A DNA stretch of 64,000 bases, taken from positions 166,579,371 to 166,643,370 of the forward strand of contig NC_068983.1 in the NCBI RefSeq assembly GCF_001194135.2, read 5' to 3'. Position numbers and translations under genes: made by a program. The notes under the pieces are model-generated. The model saw only the letters and a list, made by a program, of their open reading frames with translations, was not told where the DNA came from and ran no database searches. Of the stretch, positions 13,000 through 25,715 are shown one piece after another (the stretch's first letter is position 1; each line of letters starts with the position of its first letter). This stretch comes from Octopus bimaculoides (Eukaryota).

Positions 13000-13001
<2 letters not shown>
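12745..13001 (+). mobile_element. RTE-related 3' tail copy (possible assembly duplicate)
   Basis: First part is identical to ~11935-12075; the tail is identical to ~11555-11680. Confidence 0.75.
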
Positions 13002-13030
<29 letters not shown>

Positions 13031-13689
13031 TATGCAGACATGTACATAGATACATAATGAAAGTAATTGAAAGCATATAATAGTGAAAGTACTAATAGAG
13101 ATGTTATTGTTTCAGTTTTGACATGAAATACTGAAACAGTGGAAGAGATAAACAATTGCTCTGGGCTTTCATTAGGCAAGAAGTTGAAAAGTTTTTTGGC
13201 CCATGACACTGCATGGTCCCTAAGTAAGGCATGTGTAAAATTTGAATGAAATTGGTTGGGTAGTTCTCAAGTTTTAGTGATGCACACATACAGACAGACA
13301 CACATTCTCAGTTTTATTTATATAGATAATAGAACTGCATAAATAATACTGGTGATAATATAAAATACATTAAAAAGTGAATATGCTTATTATTTATTGA
13401 GTTCTTATGGGTGAGGTGTGTTTACATATTAGTGAAGGGCTGGAGGTTTGTGAGGTTTACTTGTAATTCATCCCTTCCTCTTAAGTTCAAAACTGTTTCT
13501 CTCTGCTTTGATAAAACTACATTTGTACAACTAAAACCACAGCCATACACAAACTTGAGAATGTTAGTGAAACTAGTTTTAACTTCTACACTAATTTTGG
13601 CATATCTGGTCTCATTATTTACATTATTCCAATAATCTTTGAGTGTTTTACACCAAACCAAACCAAACTATTTCAAAATTTGGATCTTC

Positions 13690-14100
13690 AGGCGACATGC
13701 CATGCTTGAGGAGACCTATTGAGTCAAGTACATCAAAATCAAATCAGTTCACATTTAAATGGAAATTGTAGTCGTGATGCCCGTGCCGGGGGCATGTAAA
13801 AAGCACCACCAGAACGTGGCCGATGCCAGCACCACCTTGACTACCTTCCATGCTGGTGGCATGTAAAAATCACCATCTGATTGTGGTCGATGCCAGCCCG
13901 CTCTGGCCCCTGTGCCAGTGGTACGTATAAAAGCACCCACTACACTCTGAGTGGTTGGCGTTAGGAAGGGCATCCAGCTGTAGAAACACTGCCAGATCAG
14001 ACTGGAGCCTGGTGCAGCCTCCTGGCTTCCCAGACCCCTGTCGAACTGTCAAACCCATGCTGGCATGGTAAACGGACGTTAAACGATGATGATGATGATG
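13690..14100 (+). mobile_element. RTE LINE 3' end with three internal modules
   Basis: GATGCC.GT..GGCA.GTAAAAAGCACC repeats followed by the standard tail and (GAT)n. Confidence 0.75.
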
Positions 14101-14929
14101 AACGGCTCTGATACTTATGTGGTAATCTCATTAAAGTGTTTATTAAGTATTAATCTTGATAAACATGAGGGTTAATATAATATTTTATTGTCTTGTACTT
14201 CCAGCTGATGACATATCCTTGTAACTATATTTTTATTTGAGGAAACAACATAAAATAAACAATGAAAACTACTTCTACAGAAATTAAAAATAAATCTCAG
14301 CCAAAGCTTTGTGAGTGAATTTGGTAGATGGAAACTGAAAGAAGCCTGTTGTATATTTTTGTTTGTGTGTGTGTGTATGTAAACCAGTGTTGGTGTGTTT
14401 ACCTTTCTGTAGTTGAGCAGTTTGACATCAAAAGACTGCTTGAACAAGTACCAGGCTCCAAAATAAGTACAAGACTCAATTTGTTTGACTAAAAACCCTT
14501 CAAGGCTATGCTCCTGCATGGCCACTATCCCCCCCCCCCCCCCCCCACTAAAAAAAGGGTGGAACAAGTCAAAAGATAAAATCAGACGATATCTCTACTG
14601 AAAGTTGTTAAAAGCCTGATTTCCATCTTATTTTCCTGTCACTGTTTCTGTTTTTTTTTCATCTGAAAATACAGAACAGTTTTTAAATCCTGAGAATATC
14701 AATTTGGGAAAAGTCAAGAGTGTCTATCTCCAAATTATCACTGAAACCTGCAACAACTAGTTATGTCACCTCTTGTCGGCTTTTCATGAAATTATTTTCA
14801 TTTAAACTTTGAATTTAATGCAAAGACATTTTAACTGATTCTTAGGTGAACTCAACCACTTATTTTTGTATTTCATAACAGTTTTGAAAAGAAATTTCAC
14901 ATTTAAATGGTTAACCTAGTTTTGTCTTC

Positions 14930-15095
14930 TACTACCACCATCTTTACTACTACTACCACCACCACCTATACTACTACTGCCACCACCACCTCTACTACTA
15001 CTACTACTACTATCACCACCACAGTTATCACTATCACCACTGCTACTACTACTCCCACCATCACTTCTACCACCACACCTACTACTACTACTGCT
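14930..15095. repeat. Imperfect (ACT/ACC)n trinucleotide tract
   Basis: Direct reading; explains the poly-Thr and poly-Val ORFs. Confidence 0.95.
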
Positions 15096-15183
15096 GTAAG
15101 CCCTTTACCATTGATTGCACTCAGTGTTTCAGCCATAACAAATAACAAGTGTTTTTTCATTTTGTTTTGTTTTGTTTTGTTGT

Positions 15184-15275
15184 TGTCAGTGATGACATCA
15201 TACGAGGAGCCTTTGTTTAGCCTGAATTATCAACATCAGATATATTTCATTTAGCTGATTAAATTGCTGATGACA
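15184..15275 (+). ncRNA. Candidate box C/D snoRNA-like segment
   Basis: TGTCA + GTGATGA (C box 15189-15195) ... CTGA (D box 15267-15270) + TGACA gives a 5-bp terminal stem; 92 nt; internal CTGA at 15222. Confidence 0.25.
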
Positions 15276-17013
15276 TTCAACGAGCAGCAGTGCCGTTTGC
15301 ATGTTGTGGCAAATATTGTAACAACTTTGGTATGTCTAAACTGGCAGGCAGGCAGGCAGGCAGAGGCTTAAAACTTGTTTGGGACTTTGAAGTGTTTGTG
15401 TGTACACAAGAATCCCCTCTTCATGGTGTTCAAGTAGCAGCAGCAGCGACAGCAGTAATTCTGTGAATTGTTTGAGAAATGCCTCAATGAACAATGACTT
15501 ATAAGAGCAAGATAAAGGGAAAGTTATACTAATCATATCTAGGGAGAAATCAATAACAAGAGATCAATAGATCTCATTTCAAGATATGAACTAGTCTCTT
15601 GCTTGTGTATATGATGAGTGATGAATAAAGAGTAAAGTCCTTTAAAAACAAAAAAACAAACAAAAAAAAATTGGATTTAAGTATATTTATTTTTCATCCT
15701 AAAATATAATTAATTACTCCACTTAAATAAAATCACAATAGCACAACATTTACAAATTAATTGATATTGGGATTTCTCCTTTACCTCGTTATCTATTGTC
15801 ATTAATTCAACAAAGCTTACTAATAATGTGTGTGTATCTATCCTACACTTTGGTGTGATAAACAGTCAGTGCTTTCATCATCATCATCATCATCCACTTT
15901 GCCATGCTGGCATAGGTCAGATGGAATTCATTGAAGCAGATTTTCTCCCGTCAGATGTCCTTGTTGCCAACCTTCACCTGCTTTGAAGCAAGGTAGTATT
16001 TCTCCATGGCCAAACAGGTCTTCACTGAAGATCTGAAATGAAGTACACTGCCTGTATGACTGACACTCATTTACGACTATCAGATGATGTCAAGGAGCCA
16101 CAAACACCCACTCACACCCAGTTTCTCTCTCGCATGTGCACATAGGCTGCTTCCACTCAACGCTTTGGTCACCCTGAGGCTATTGTAGAGGACACTTGCC
16201 CAAAATGTGACACAGTAGGAGTGAAACTGAAACCATGTGGTTGGCAAGTGTTAACCACACAGCCAGATCCCTTGACTTTTTGTGTTCAGAATATCATCAG
16301 CCCTTTGGACCTTTTACCCCAAATTCTGCTGTGTATTCTTAACAGCTAAGCAGCCTGAAATAAAAGGTCTAATGTATTTGAATTCATGACCTTTGAACAG
16401 ATAGCTCCTATACCTTATCCATTGGAACAAACTGTGTGTAGGGGCCCCTATATTAACTTCTATACCCAACTCCAACCATCTGCCACTCTCCTCTTATGAA
16501 CTTCTCCACCCTTGCCTCACGACCCTTTGTATTCTCTCTTATACTTCTCATCTTTGTATCTTGAGAATCAACTCTGACACGTCATCACCCCATCATTCTT
16601 TCCAGCTAATCCCATCCACCTTTATATGATGCAGGGTAGCTGCATATCTCCTCAGTAGCAAGACCGCTCTACTTGTCCCTGTCATAATTTAATCTCTTAA
16701 CATCTGGCATAAAACCAACCTCCTCTCGACTAAAACCCCACTCTATCAAGCCCCCCCCCCCTTTTTTGTCTTGTGAGTTAATCAGCAAGCTCACTGGTGC
16801 TGGCACCACAAGAAAAATTAAAGAAAAACCACCCAGTACACTTTGTAAAGTGTTTGGTGTTAGGAAGTGTACCCGGCCCTAGAAACTATGCTAAAGCAGA
16901 CATGGGAGCTTGATAGAATTCTTTGACCCATTGGATCTGGTCAAACCACCCAAGCCATGCTAGCAGAGAAGATGGACATTAAATGATGATCATAGGAATG
17001 TGTGTGTGTGCAT

Positions 17014-17047
<34 letters not shown>

Positions 17048-17271
17048 GAGAGAGAAAGAAAAACAAGTCATGTTTGTTGCCATTTCAACATGGCTGTTCC
17101 ATACGAACCGATGTCATTACCATTTTTATCCCCTAAAAATGGTAGTTACATCAGTTTGCACAGAACAACCATATTGAAATGGCAACAAACATTACTTCCC
17201 ATTATAGTTACTACTTTCATCTCTTAGATTTTCTAACGAGCTACTTTGCTTGTTACACACAAGCACTCACT

Positions 17272-17326
<55 letters not shown>

Positions 17327-20300
17327 GTGTGTGTATATAAATGTTTAATTGATAGCTGAATATTCAGCTTAATAATTAACATTATGAAAAAAAAAAAGCA
17401 AGCAATTAATTAATGATAGTCAAAGTAACTGGTGTTTGTATATGTCATTGTTTTAATGAGGGAATTTCATTTTGATTTTAATGAGTTCAAAATTACAGTT
17501 TTTCTTTCCTCTTTTTCATTTCCTCAATATCATCATCATCATCATCATCATCATCATTATTTAATGTCCATCTTTCATGCTGATATGGGTTCAGACCGTT
17601 TGACTGCATTGTGCTCCAGTGTCTGCTTTGCTGATTGACCTAAAATATTATGTACATCAATTAGTCTCTTGTGCCAATATAACACTACAGACCCAGTGAA
17701 TCAACAGTGGCTTTGGAGTGATTGTTGCAACAGGTTTTGTCAAACTACTTTGCAGTTTTTTGTTTTTCTTTGTATGTTCCGCTTTATAAATATATTATTA
17801 CATCCTTCTACATATATCACAATTGAATTTAGTCTATTTAACCTGTCAGCTTATATTTTATTATATAATGTGTTTCCCAGAACTCACTCTAGATTACAAG
17901 TATCTCAGCAATTTCATTACTGTTATTTCTAGATGTGTTGTATAACTAACTAAACTTAGATCAATCAACAACATTCCTGGAAAATGTCAATACATTTCCT
18001 TTTCCATAGACTCCAACTTGGATGGAAAACTTTGTCCCCAGGTTTAATCACACTCTCTGACCATTGGATTTTTTTAGTGAAGTCCTATCTGTTGCTAGTA
18101 TTTGGTCCAGGTTTTGTGTCTAGGGAGGTTAAATTCCTTCCATCAGTCTCAGAATCTGATTAAATTTTTCCTCACCATCTTATTATTCTGTTTTCTGCAA
18201 TGATTGAATTCTTTAGTTTAACTGTGTATCTTCTATTATATATAGCCAATCTTTTATTTAGAGAGAATCAAAGGCAATCATCTTTTCCTTACCATTACCG
18301 TGAACCACTTTGTACTTGCTTTACAAGAAAGAAGCCATTATGTGGCTCAACTTGCTAGAAATAGTAGCCAATTTTCCCACATCATGCTCTACTGTCTTAA
18401 AAACGAAGAAACTCATTGGATATTTTATTATTCCATTATCAACTTCAGCCAGAAATCGTGGCCATGCTGGGGCACCACCATTGGCTAAATAATATTTGAC
18501 CCCAAAAAAAAAAAAAAAATTAAAAGAGGAACAGGACAGAATGATCATGGCTGGAATGTGTCTGAGAATGAGTCTGCTACCTTAAGGCCGATTTGAGTGG
18601 AACAACCACTTATGGGAATTATTCAGATTCCAAAAAGCAAAGGTAACATTTCATGGGAGCCTGTTTGTATTATCAAGTATTAAGATTAACTAATTTACAT
18701 AAAGCAGATAATTAATGTGAAAACTTGGATTTGATTTCCCAGTGTGAATCAAATAATTTCTCTACAAGAATTCCAATGCAACAATGTTGAGAAATAGAGG
18801 ATGGGTAAAGAGTCTAAAGACGGATGGATAGAGAGATAGATAAGGAGACAGATTAGCGCTAGTTGTAAAATGCCCATTGAGCATCATCCTGGCCAATTGT
18901 GCAAAGCAGACATTATTTTTTTGACACTCTTCAAATACCTTTTGTAGGTCAACAACTACAAGATAAGATTCTTGAAACTGATGCTTATCTCACCAGAAAT
19001 AACACATCTACATCCTGTGTTCCGGTTCTAATTTAAACTTTATTCTATTCAGTTCAACTTTTCTGCTATTTACATTTTCACTTTTTCCATTAATTCTTTG
19101 ACTAAATCCTTTGGTTTCAGGCCCCTAAAGTGACTTCTTCTTCTTCTTCATCACCACTGTTGTTGTTGCTGCATTTTGAAATACTCATTGCTGGTCCTAT
19201 TCCTGATACTTTCAGTATTTCACAAACTCCCTCTCAAAGTCTTGCAACTCTTTTATTTCGTACCTTAACACCCATGGTTGACTAAATCATTTGTTTCTTC
19301 ATCTCGCAACCAAGTTCTTCACATTTCATTGACACCTTGTTTTAGAACAACCTCTTGTAATGATACTAACCCCCACATAACCCATTCTCCTGAAATCCAC
19401 TGCCTTTGTTTCAATCAATTTTAAAAACAAAGAAAAATTTAGCAAACTAATTTTATTATTATTAATCTGCTGTTTGGAAAATAAATCAGCATGAAATTTT
19501 CAAGGAAGGTTTTTTAATTCAAATCACTTTAAACCAGGGAAGTTTGTGTCAAAGAATTAAGGGAGGCCTTAGGTAGGTTTGATATTAAAAGAGTTGATCT
19601 TTCTATTTGTGAAGAAAATCTAAAACATTCTCCCCCCCCCCCACATTCTTCCTGATGTTTTCAATTGTCTTGATGATGATGATGATGATTTAGAAACTGC
19701 GTCTTGCAGCTAGAATGACTTCTACCATTAATCTACTCAGACTTCACCTGAAATTAAGCAGCAGCAGCAGCTCTTTTCATAATTTTATTGCTGGGTTTTT
19801 GTTTTGTTTTTTTCCATGCCTTCAGGTAATCTATAAAGGTTTTAGAAAATCTGGAGATTTCTGTAATTTTTGAGCAAACAAATTTTTATTGGCACATAAG
19901 TGTTAATTAATTAACCGTAACCTGGATGAGCAAACAGGGATTTTATTGGCACGTAAGTGTTGATTAATTAACGATAGCCTTAATGTCAGCTATGTAAAAT
20001 GAAGCATTCAAAATAGTGATTGCTGTCAAGTTTAAACTTGTCGTCATGCTTTCCATAAATTAGGGACTGTGGCCTCTTAATCTGGGAGTTGTTTCTTTTG
20101 CCTTTGACTAGAATTATATTTCTTTTATTTGTAGATTTTTGGGGGTGGTGGTCATGCATTGTAACTGTGTATCTCTGCACGTTGTTGGTGACTCCCTACA
20201 CCTCCTGGCAGGTGACACTTTTGTCCTATTCAGGTGAAAACCCTCCAACCCATGGGTCGGTTTGGGTAGTTATTGCTGGTGAGGTTTTTACAAGGTCAGA

Positions 20301-21789
20301 GTGCAAATCCTACCTCACCCTCTTTTAATTGCCTTTTTATGACAGGCAGAGGGAACATTGGGTCCATTCTTTGACATGCCCATCTTCACACGGCATTAGA
20401 GCAATGTGAAAGGAAGTGTTTTGCTCAAGAACACAACTTGCTGCCCACCCTGGGAATTGAACCCATGATCTCGCAATCGTGAGTACCACACCCCAACCAC
20501 TAGGCCATGTGCCTTTCTTATCGACGGAGAATAATTAAAGTTTAAAAGGCTGTCCTAGCTAAGAGTAGAATAAGCTTTGTAGCGTATCTAACATATTGCC
20601 TTTTATGTCTCCAAGTCCTGTCCTAAGCTTAAATATATTTTGATCACTCAACCAAAAACACTATCAATATGCATACCACTTTTATTTTTGTTGTTATTTT
20701 GAAACTTTGTAATGTGAGAAAAAGCCTAACATAGCAAATACCTTCTCTTTATGCTACAACGGCTTTTGTTTTTATATAAAAAAAAAAAATGAAGTTACAA
20801 CAAATGCTTTAAGTAGAAGGGTTTGTTTTGCTTATAAAAGCAGATAATATATTCAAATACACACACAGATACACACTATGTGTGTATACACATTCATATA
20901 TATACACACATAGTAATAAGACACATTTGTACAATACACGGTTGGTCATAAAACCTCTGTATCTCATAAGCTAGATCATAAGACATTTGTACCTCACAGG
21001 ACTGATCTTGAAGTCCATAATTTGGCAGATTAAAGGGAAATTGAACTGCCAAATATACTTAGATTTCACATTGATGAAACCTGTTAAGCTGATCACTAGA
21101 TTAACCCCCAAAGTATTCTTTCCTTTCTAATAGGAGTATAATTTCATTTTTGTAATCTAATCACATAAACAGGGTCCATACAGGAACACAGAAGATGACA
21201 AACTCTGATGTCTGCATCAATTGTTGCCAGTGAAAGAAACTCGAATCTCTTCAGTAATTTTGGAAGAAGAATGTTGCTTGTAGACATTTGTAACCTTAAT
21301 TTTTACTAAACGAATACCCAAAATGATACCATTAGACTGCAAATAGAATGTTGAAATGGAATGATTATTGTAATTTTTGCACAATAGGATTTCTGAAACA
21401 AAATTGGGTCCATGTTCTGTTTGCACTGGTACATATGATGATGATGATTGCTTACTTAATACTGGTAAAAATAAACTCAGTTCTTAATAATTCTAAGGCA
21501 AAAATTGAGTTGGTTTCCCATGTTAAAGATACTGTGCACAGGATATAAGAAATCGATCTGCACCTTTATTATTGCACTAATCTAATCATGGCTATAATTT
21601 TGAAAGAGTCTGATACCTTTTTCATCTGGAAACAATTGTTATGCTCGCGTTCAAAGGTTTGCTGGAAACCTCCTTTCAGTTCAGTGTTATGGTTTCTGTG
21701 GCTGGATGTCCTGCCTGACACCAGCCACTTTACTGGGTGCTTTTTATGTGGCGCCAACACAAGCGCTTTTAACATGCTGCAACCATAAG

Positions 21790-22130
21790 GTGCATGGCTC
21801 AGGGGTTAGAGCATCGGGTGCACAATCATGAGGTAGTGAGTTCGCTTCCTGCACCGAGTTGTGTGTTTCGTGTTCTTGAGCAAGACACTTTATTTCATGT
21901 TGCTGCAGTTCACTCACCTGTAGAAATGAGTTGCAATGTCACTGGTGCCAGGTTGTATTGGCCTTTGCTCATCCCTTAGATAATATCAGTGGCATGGAGA
22001 GGGGAGGCTGGTATTCATGGGCGACTGCTGGTCTTCCATAAAACAACCTTTCCTGGACTTGTGCCTCGGAGGGAATCTTTCTAGGCACAATCCCATAGTT
22101 ATTCATGTCCGAAGGGGTTCTTTATATACA
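21790..22130 (+). mobile_element. tRNA-derived SINE with V/CORE-like central domain
   Basis: TGGCTCAGGGG (A box), GAGTTCGCTTCC (B box), then TGTTCTTGAGCAAGACACTTTATTTC. A related minus-strand head and central domain lie at ~20400-20513. Confidence 0.7.
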
Positions 22131-23139
22131 GACACATCTATGCATGTCTGTGTCTCTTTGTCTTGACATTGCATACCAGTTGTAAACGAGTGTCACTGTC
22201 ATACAAGCAGTGTCATTCATTTCCAGTCTTCTGTGAAAACTTGTCTGGCCAAAGAAAATCTGCCCTAAATCAACTCTTTTCAATTCATACAAACATGGAA
22301 AAGTGGACGTTAAAATGTTGATGAAGTGACATGTGTAAACAGCCCTTACAGCCTGCTGCAGTCCTTTAACCCATCAGACCATGTCAAACTTCCAACTTGT
22401 GCCAGCATGGTGGATGGATGTTAATGATGATGACAATATACTTGATAACCTTCAAGGAACACTCAAATGTAACCATTTTGGTTTGCATTCAATGTTTGAT
22501 GTAATAATTCTGTTTTTTCTGCTGCAAGACCCTACTTGGCATATATTTCTTTAAAACCCCCACATTTATTTGTTTATATTAATTTTAATCTCATATGTAT
22601 TTTTAGTTTCAATATTTTTAAAGAATTCTTTGAGGATTCTATATTTGTCTGTTATTTGAATGTGTGTGTGTGTGTGTGTTCAGGATGAAGGCTGTGGTGA
22701 CACGATTGCTGGTTAGAAAATCCATGCTCATTTGATGAATAATTGAAGTTGATAAACTATATATATATATATNNNNNNNNNNAAACATGGCTCACAGCCA
22801 TCTGGCACAGGAAATAAGAATTCCAAAATTGAACATATGCCATTGGGAGACAAGATGATTATTGGTAAAGTTTAATATGTTTTACAAAAAAGAAAAAAAT
22901 GTCAGCAAATGGCATTTACAAATAATTATATGTGGTGTGTTGTGTGTGGTGTTAGTTTCAGCACTGATATCTCCACATTGGTTCATATTTGCTCAGAAAC
23001 TACTTGATAATATTTTAAGGTTACTAGAATTTCCCCACCCCCTGTTCTCAAATAAATACAAGAATAAGATTAAAACTTGTTAAAAAAGCTGAAATAATCC
23101 TAAATGAAATGCAAAAATGAAAAACAGAACGGTTAATGT

Positions 23140-23515
23140 TTTACTTTTGTATTTCTTTGATATTTTGGGGTTAAAACCACTTCATCAGGATACAGTGGTG
23201 TAGAAAGAGGAGATAGTATAAAGCTGTTATTTTCACTCAGATGTGTGGGAGGCAGTAGAGAGATGTGTAGATGGGTGTTGCTATAGTAACCAGTCAGTTT
23301 CATGCAGTTCTTGTCTGTTGCTTAATGAAGGTTTAAACTAATTAATTAGGATTCAACGATTGACTGTGTTGCCTTCTGTGGCTCTGATATGGTAAAGTGC
23401 TGAGCCTGGCACTTCAGCAAGTGTTTAAGGATTGATATGTTTATTTACACATGTTCTTTGTTAAATGGATGTACAGTTTATCTGATGGTGCTCCCAATGT
23501 AAGAAGTATCACATT
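23140..23515 (-). mobile_element. Penelope-like element 3' remnant (GIY-YIG endonuclease plus terminal repeat)
   Basis: Minus strand reads SYIGSTIR*...KEH...SILKHLLKC (YIG at 23501-23493), followed by a CTGATGA core at 23188-23182. Confidence 0.7.
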
Positions 23516-25315
23516 TACTGCAGACCACTTAATCTACTACACAGGCCCTTGAGCACATTAAGTTATTGATGAGGCGGTTGTCTTGCTTTCAATTTTGAAA
23601 ACAGCAAAAAATTTAGTAAGAGAACTCATTCATTATAGACCTAGTTTTTTTGGAACATAAATTAGCAGGAAACTTTGAAGGCTTTAATTTAAATAAATTT
23701 AAAACATGAAGTTAGTGTCCTAGAACCAGCAATAGTCTCAGGCAGGTGGATATCAAAAGGGTTAAAATTTTGCTTTACACACCTGGCCAGACAAAGCAGC
23801 AGCTGCACACACATTTTAATCTTTAATCCCACTGCAGGCCATTGGACTGTTTGGTGATTTCTAAAACAATTAGAAATGGCTAAAAGGGAAGGTGTTTTAG
23901 AATTGATGTCAATGTTTTATCCCAACTTATGGTATATAGGTAATTGTCCAAATATGCTTTCCAGATCCAGTATTCCAGAGACACCCCCCCCCAACTCTCT
24001 GGCCTCAAGACAGCCAACCTGTACATTCATCTATGCCCTTTTAAGATGGTATGATATGTTTTGAGTGGGAATTGGTTGCTAATTCTAGCAAGTCAAGACA
24101 CCTTTATTAGCTTGAGTGAGAGAGAAATTTACCCAGCAGGTCCTTAGTTGAACAAACAACCCCGGCACTTTTTTCTTTTTATTTTCTTTTTGTTTTTGAA
24201 GTCTAGTACTTATTCTATTGGTCTCTTTTGCCTAACCATGAAATTAGGGGACATAAACAAACCAGTACTAGTTGTCATACAGTGGAGGAGATAAATACAA
24301 AGACACACACAAAATGGGCTTCCACACAGTTTCCATCTACCAAATGTCACTCACAAAGCATTGGTTGTCCCAGGGCTGTAGTAGAGGATATTTGCTCAGG
24401 GTGCTCTGTGAACCACTTCGATGTAAAGGGAACTTTTTAACCATCTATCCATGCCTGCACATATAATTCTTTTTATGTTGCTGATGAAAGAATATTTTCC
24501 ATCCCAGATGTGAGAAGAGTGCTCCATAATGGAGCGTATTTGGTCTTAGGAAATTATAAAAACTTAGACACTGAATTAAAATACTGACATTTCCAAGTCA
24601 CAACTCATAAAATTACAATGGATTGTCTGAAATTAACTTGCAGCTGTTGGCCTCTTCTTACGTCTACGTATGATGTTAAAAGACATTGTTTTATTTTTGT
24701 TTTTCAAGATTTAATGTTAATTTCTAATTCAATAATTAATGTGGTAATAAAGAACTGTGATCTCCAAAACAGTATTAATTTGAGAATCCTGCTATATGAG
24801 AACTGCACAATTTGAAGACCATGTAAATTCTTCAAGAACCATTTTTATTCAAAACCATGTTAATCAATGTGTTTGCTGTAATTGTCTGTAACTAAAAGAT
24901 CTGACTGCCAATGGTGTGTCACCATTGCCATTTTTAACATCCACTTCTCCATACTTGCATGGATTGAAGGGAATTTGTTGAAGCAGATTGTCAGTGACTG
25001 GATGCCCTTCCTGTCACCAACCCCTCACCTATTTGAGCCAAGATGATATTTCACACCATAGCCAAACTTGTTTTCATAGAAGATTGGAAACAAATGACAT
25101 TTCTTGTATGACTGATGCTTATTTACACCTGTTAACTGATGCCAAGCCATGGAGAAAGGAACACACGTGGCTTCTTTTCATTTGTCTACCAAATCCATTC
25201 ACAAGGCTTTGGTCAGCCTGGGGCTATAGTTGGAGTCAAGGTGCCACACAATGGGACTGAATCCATGACCAATTGGTTGGGAAGCAAACTTCTTAACTAT
25301 ACTGTCATCTCAACA

Positions 25316-25451
25316 CAGGCATGGCTGTATGGTAAGAAATTTGCTTCCCAACCAATGGGTTATGGGTTCAGTCCCATTGTGTGGTACTTTGGCAGGTGTC
25401 TTCTGAGCCAGCCAAAACCTTGTGAATGGATGCAGACTGAAAGAATTCCAT

Positions 25452-25495
<44 letters not shown>

Positions 25496-25715
25496 TGAGA
25501 CTCTCTTCTTGCCTTGGCATTGCACGATAATTGTAAATGAGTGTTACCATCATGCTAGCAGTGTTCTTAGTTTCCACTCTTCCATGTAAATATATCTGGT
25601 GATGAAGTATTACCTTACCTAGAAACTGGCAAAGGTTGGCAACTGGAAGAGTGTCCAGCTGTAGAAAATTTGCTTCAACAAATTCCCTCGGAAAAGTGGA
25701 CAATGATCAGGATGA
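25316..25715 (+). mobile_element. tRNA-derived SINE, family A head with an alternative body and RTE-type tail
   Basis: GGCATGGCTGTATGGTAAG...GGTTCAGTCCC head, (TG)n, then ACCTTACCTAGAAAC...GAGTGTCCAGCTGTAGAAAAT... tail. Related copies at about 15875-16265(-), 24925-25300(-), 29365-29652(+), 31520-31908(-), 35150-35497(-), 54645-54995(-), 59925-60275(+). Confidence 0.75.

Noticed and set aside
14907-15254. Mucin-like poly-Thr ORF
   Set aside because: Translation of an (ACT/ACC)n microsatellite with no flanking protein-like sequence.
22783-22864. Plus-strand exon candidate KHGSQPSGTGNKNSKIEHMPLGDKMII|GTAAAG
   Set aside because: The acceptor side is lost in a gap, the frame is short, and no homology or partner exon is supported.
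24481-24510. CTGATGA hammerhead-like core
   Set aside because: No convincing stem II or GAAA follows.
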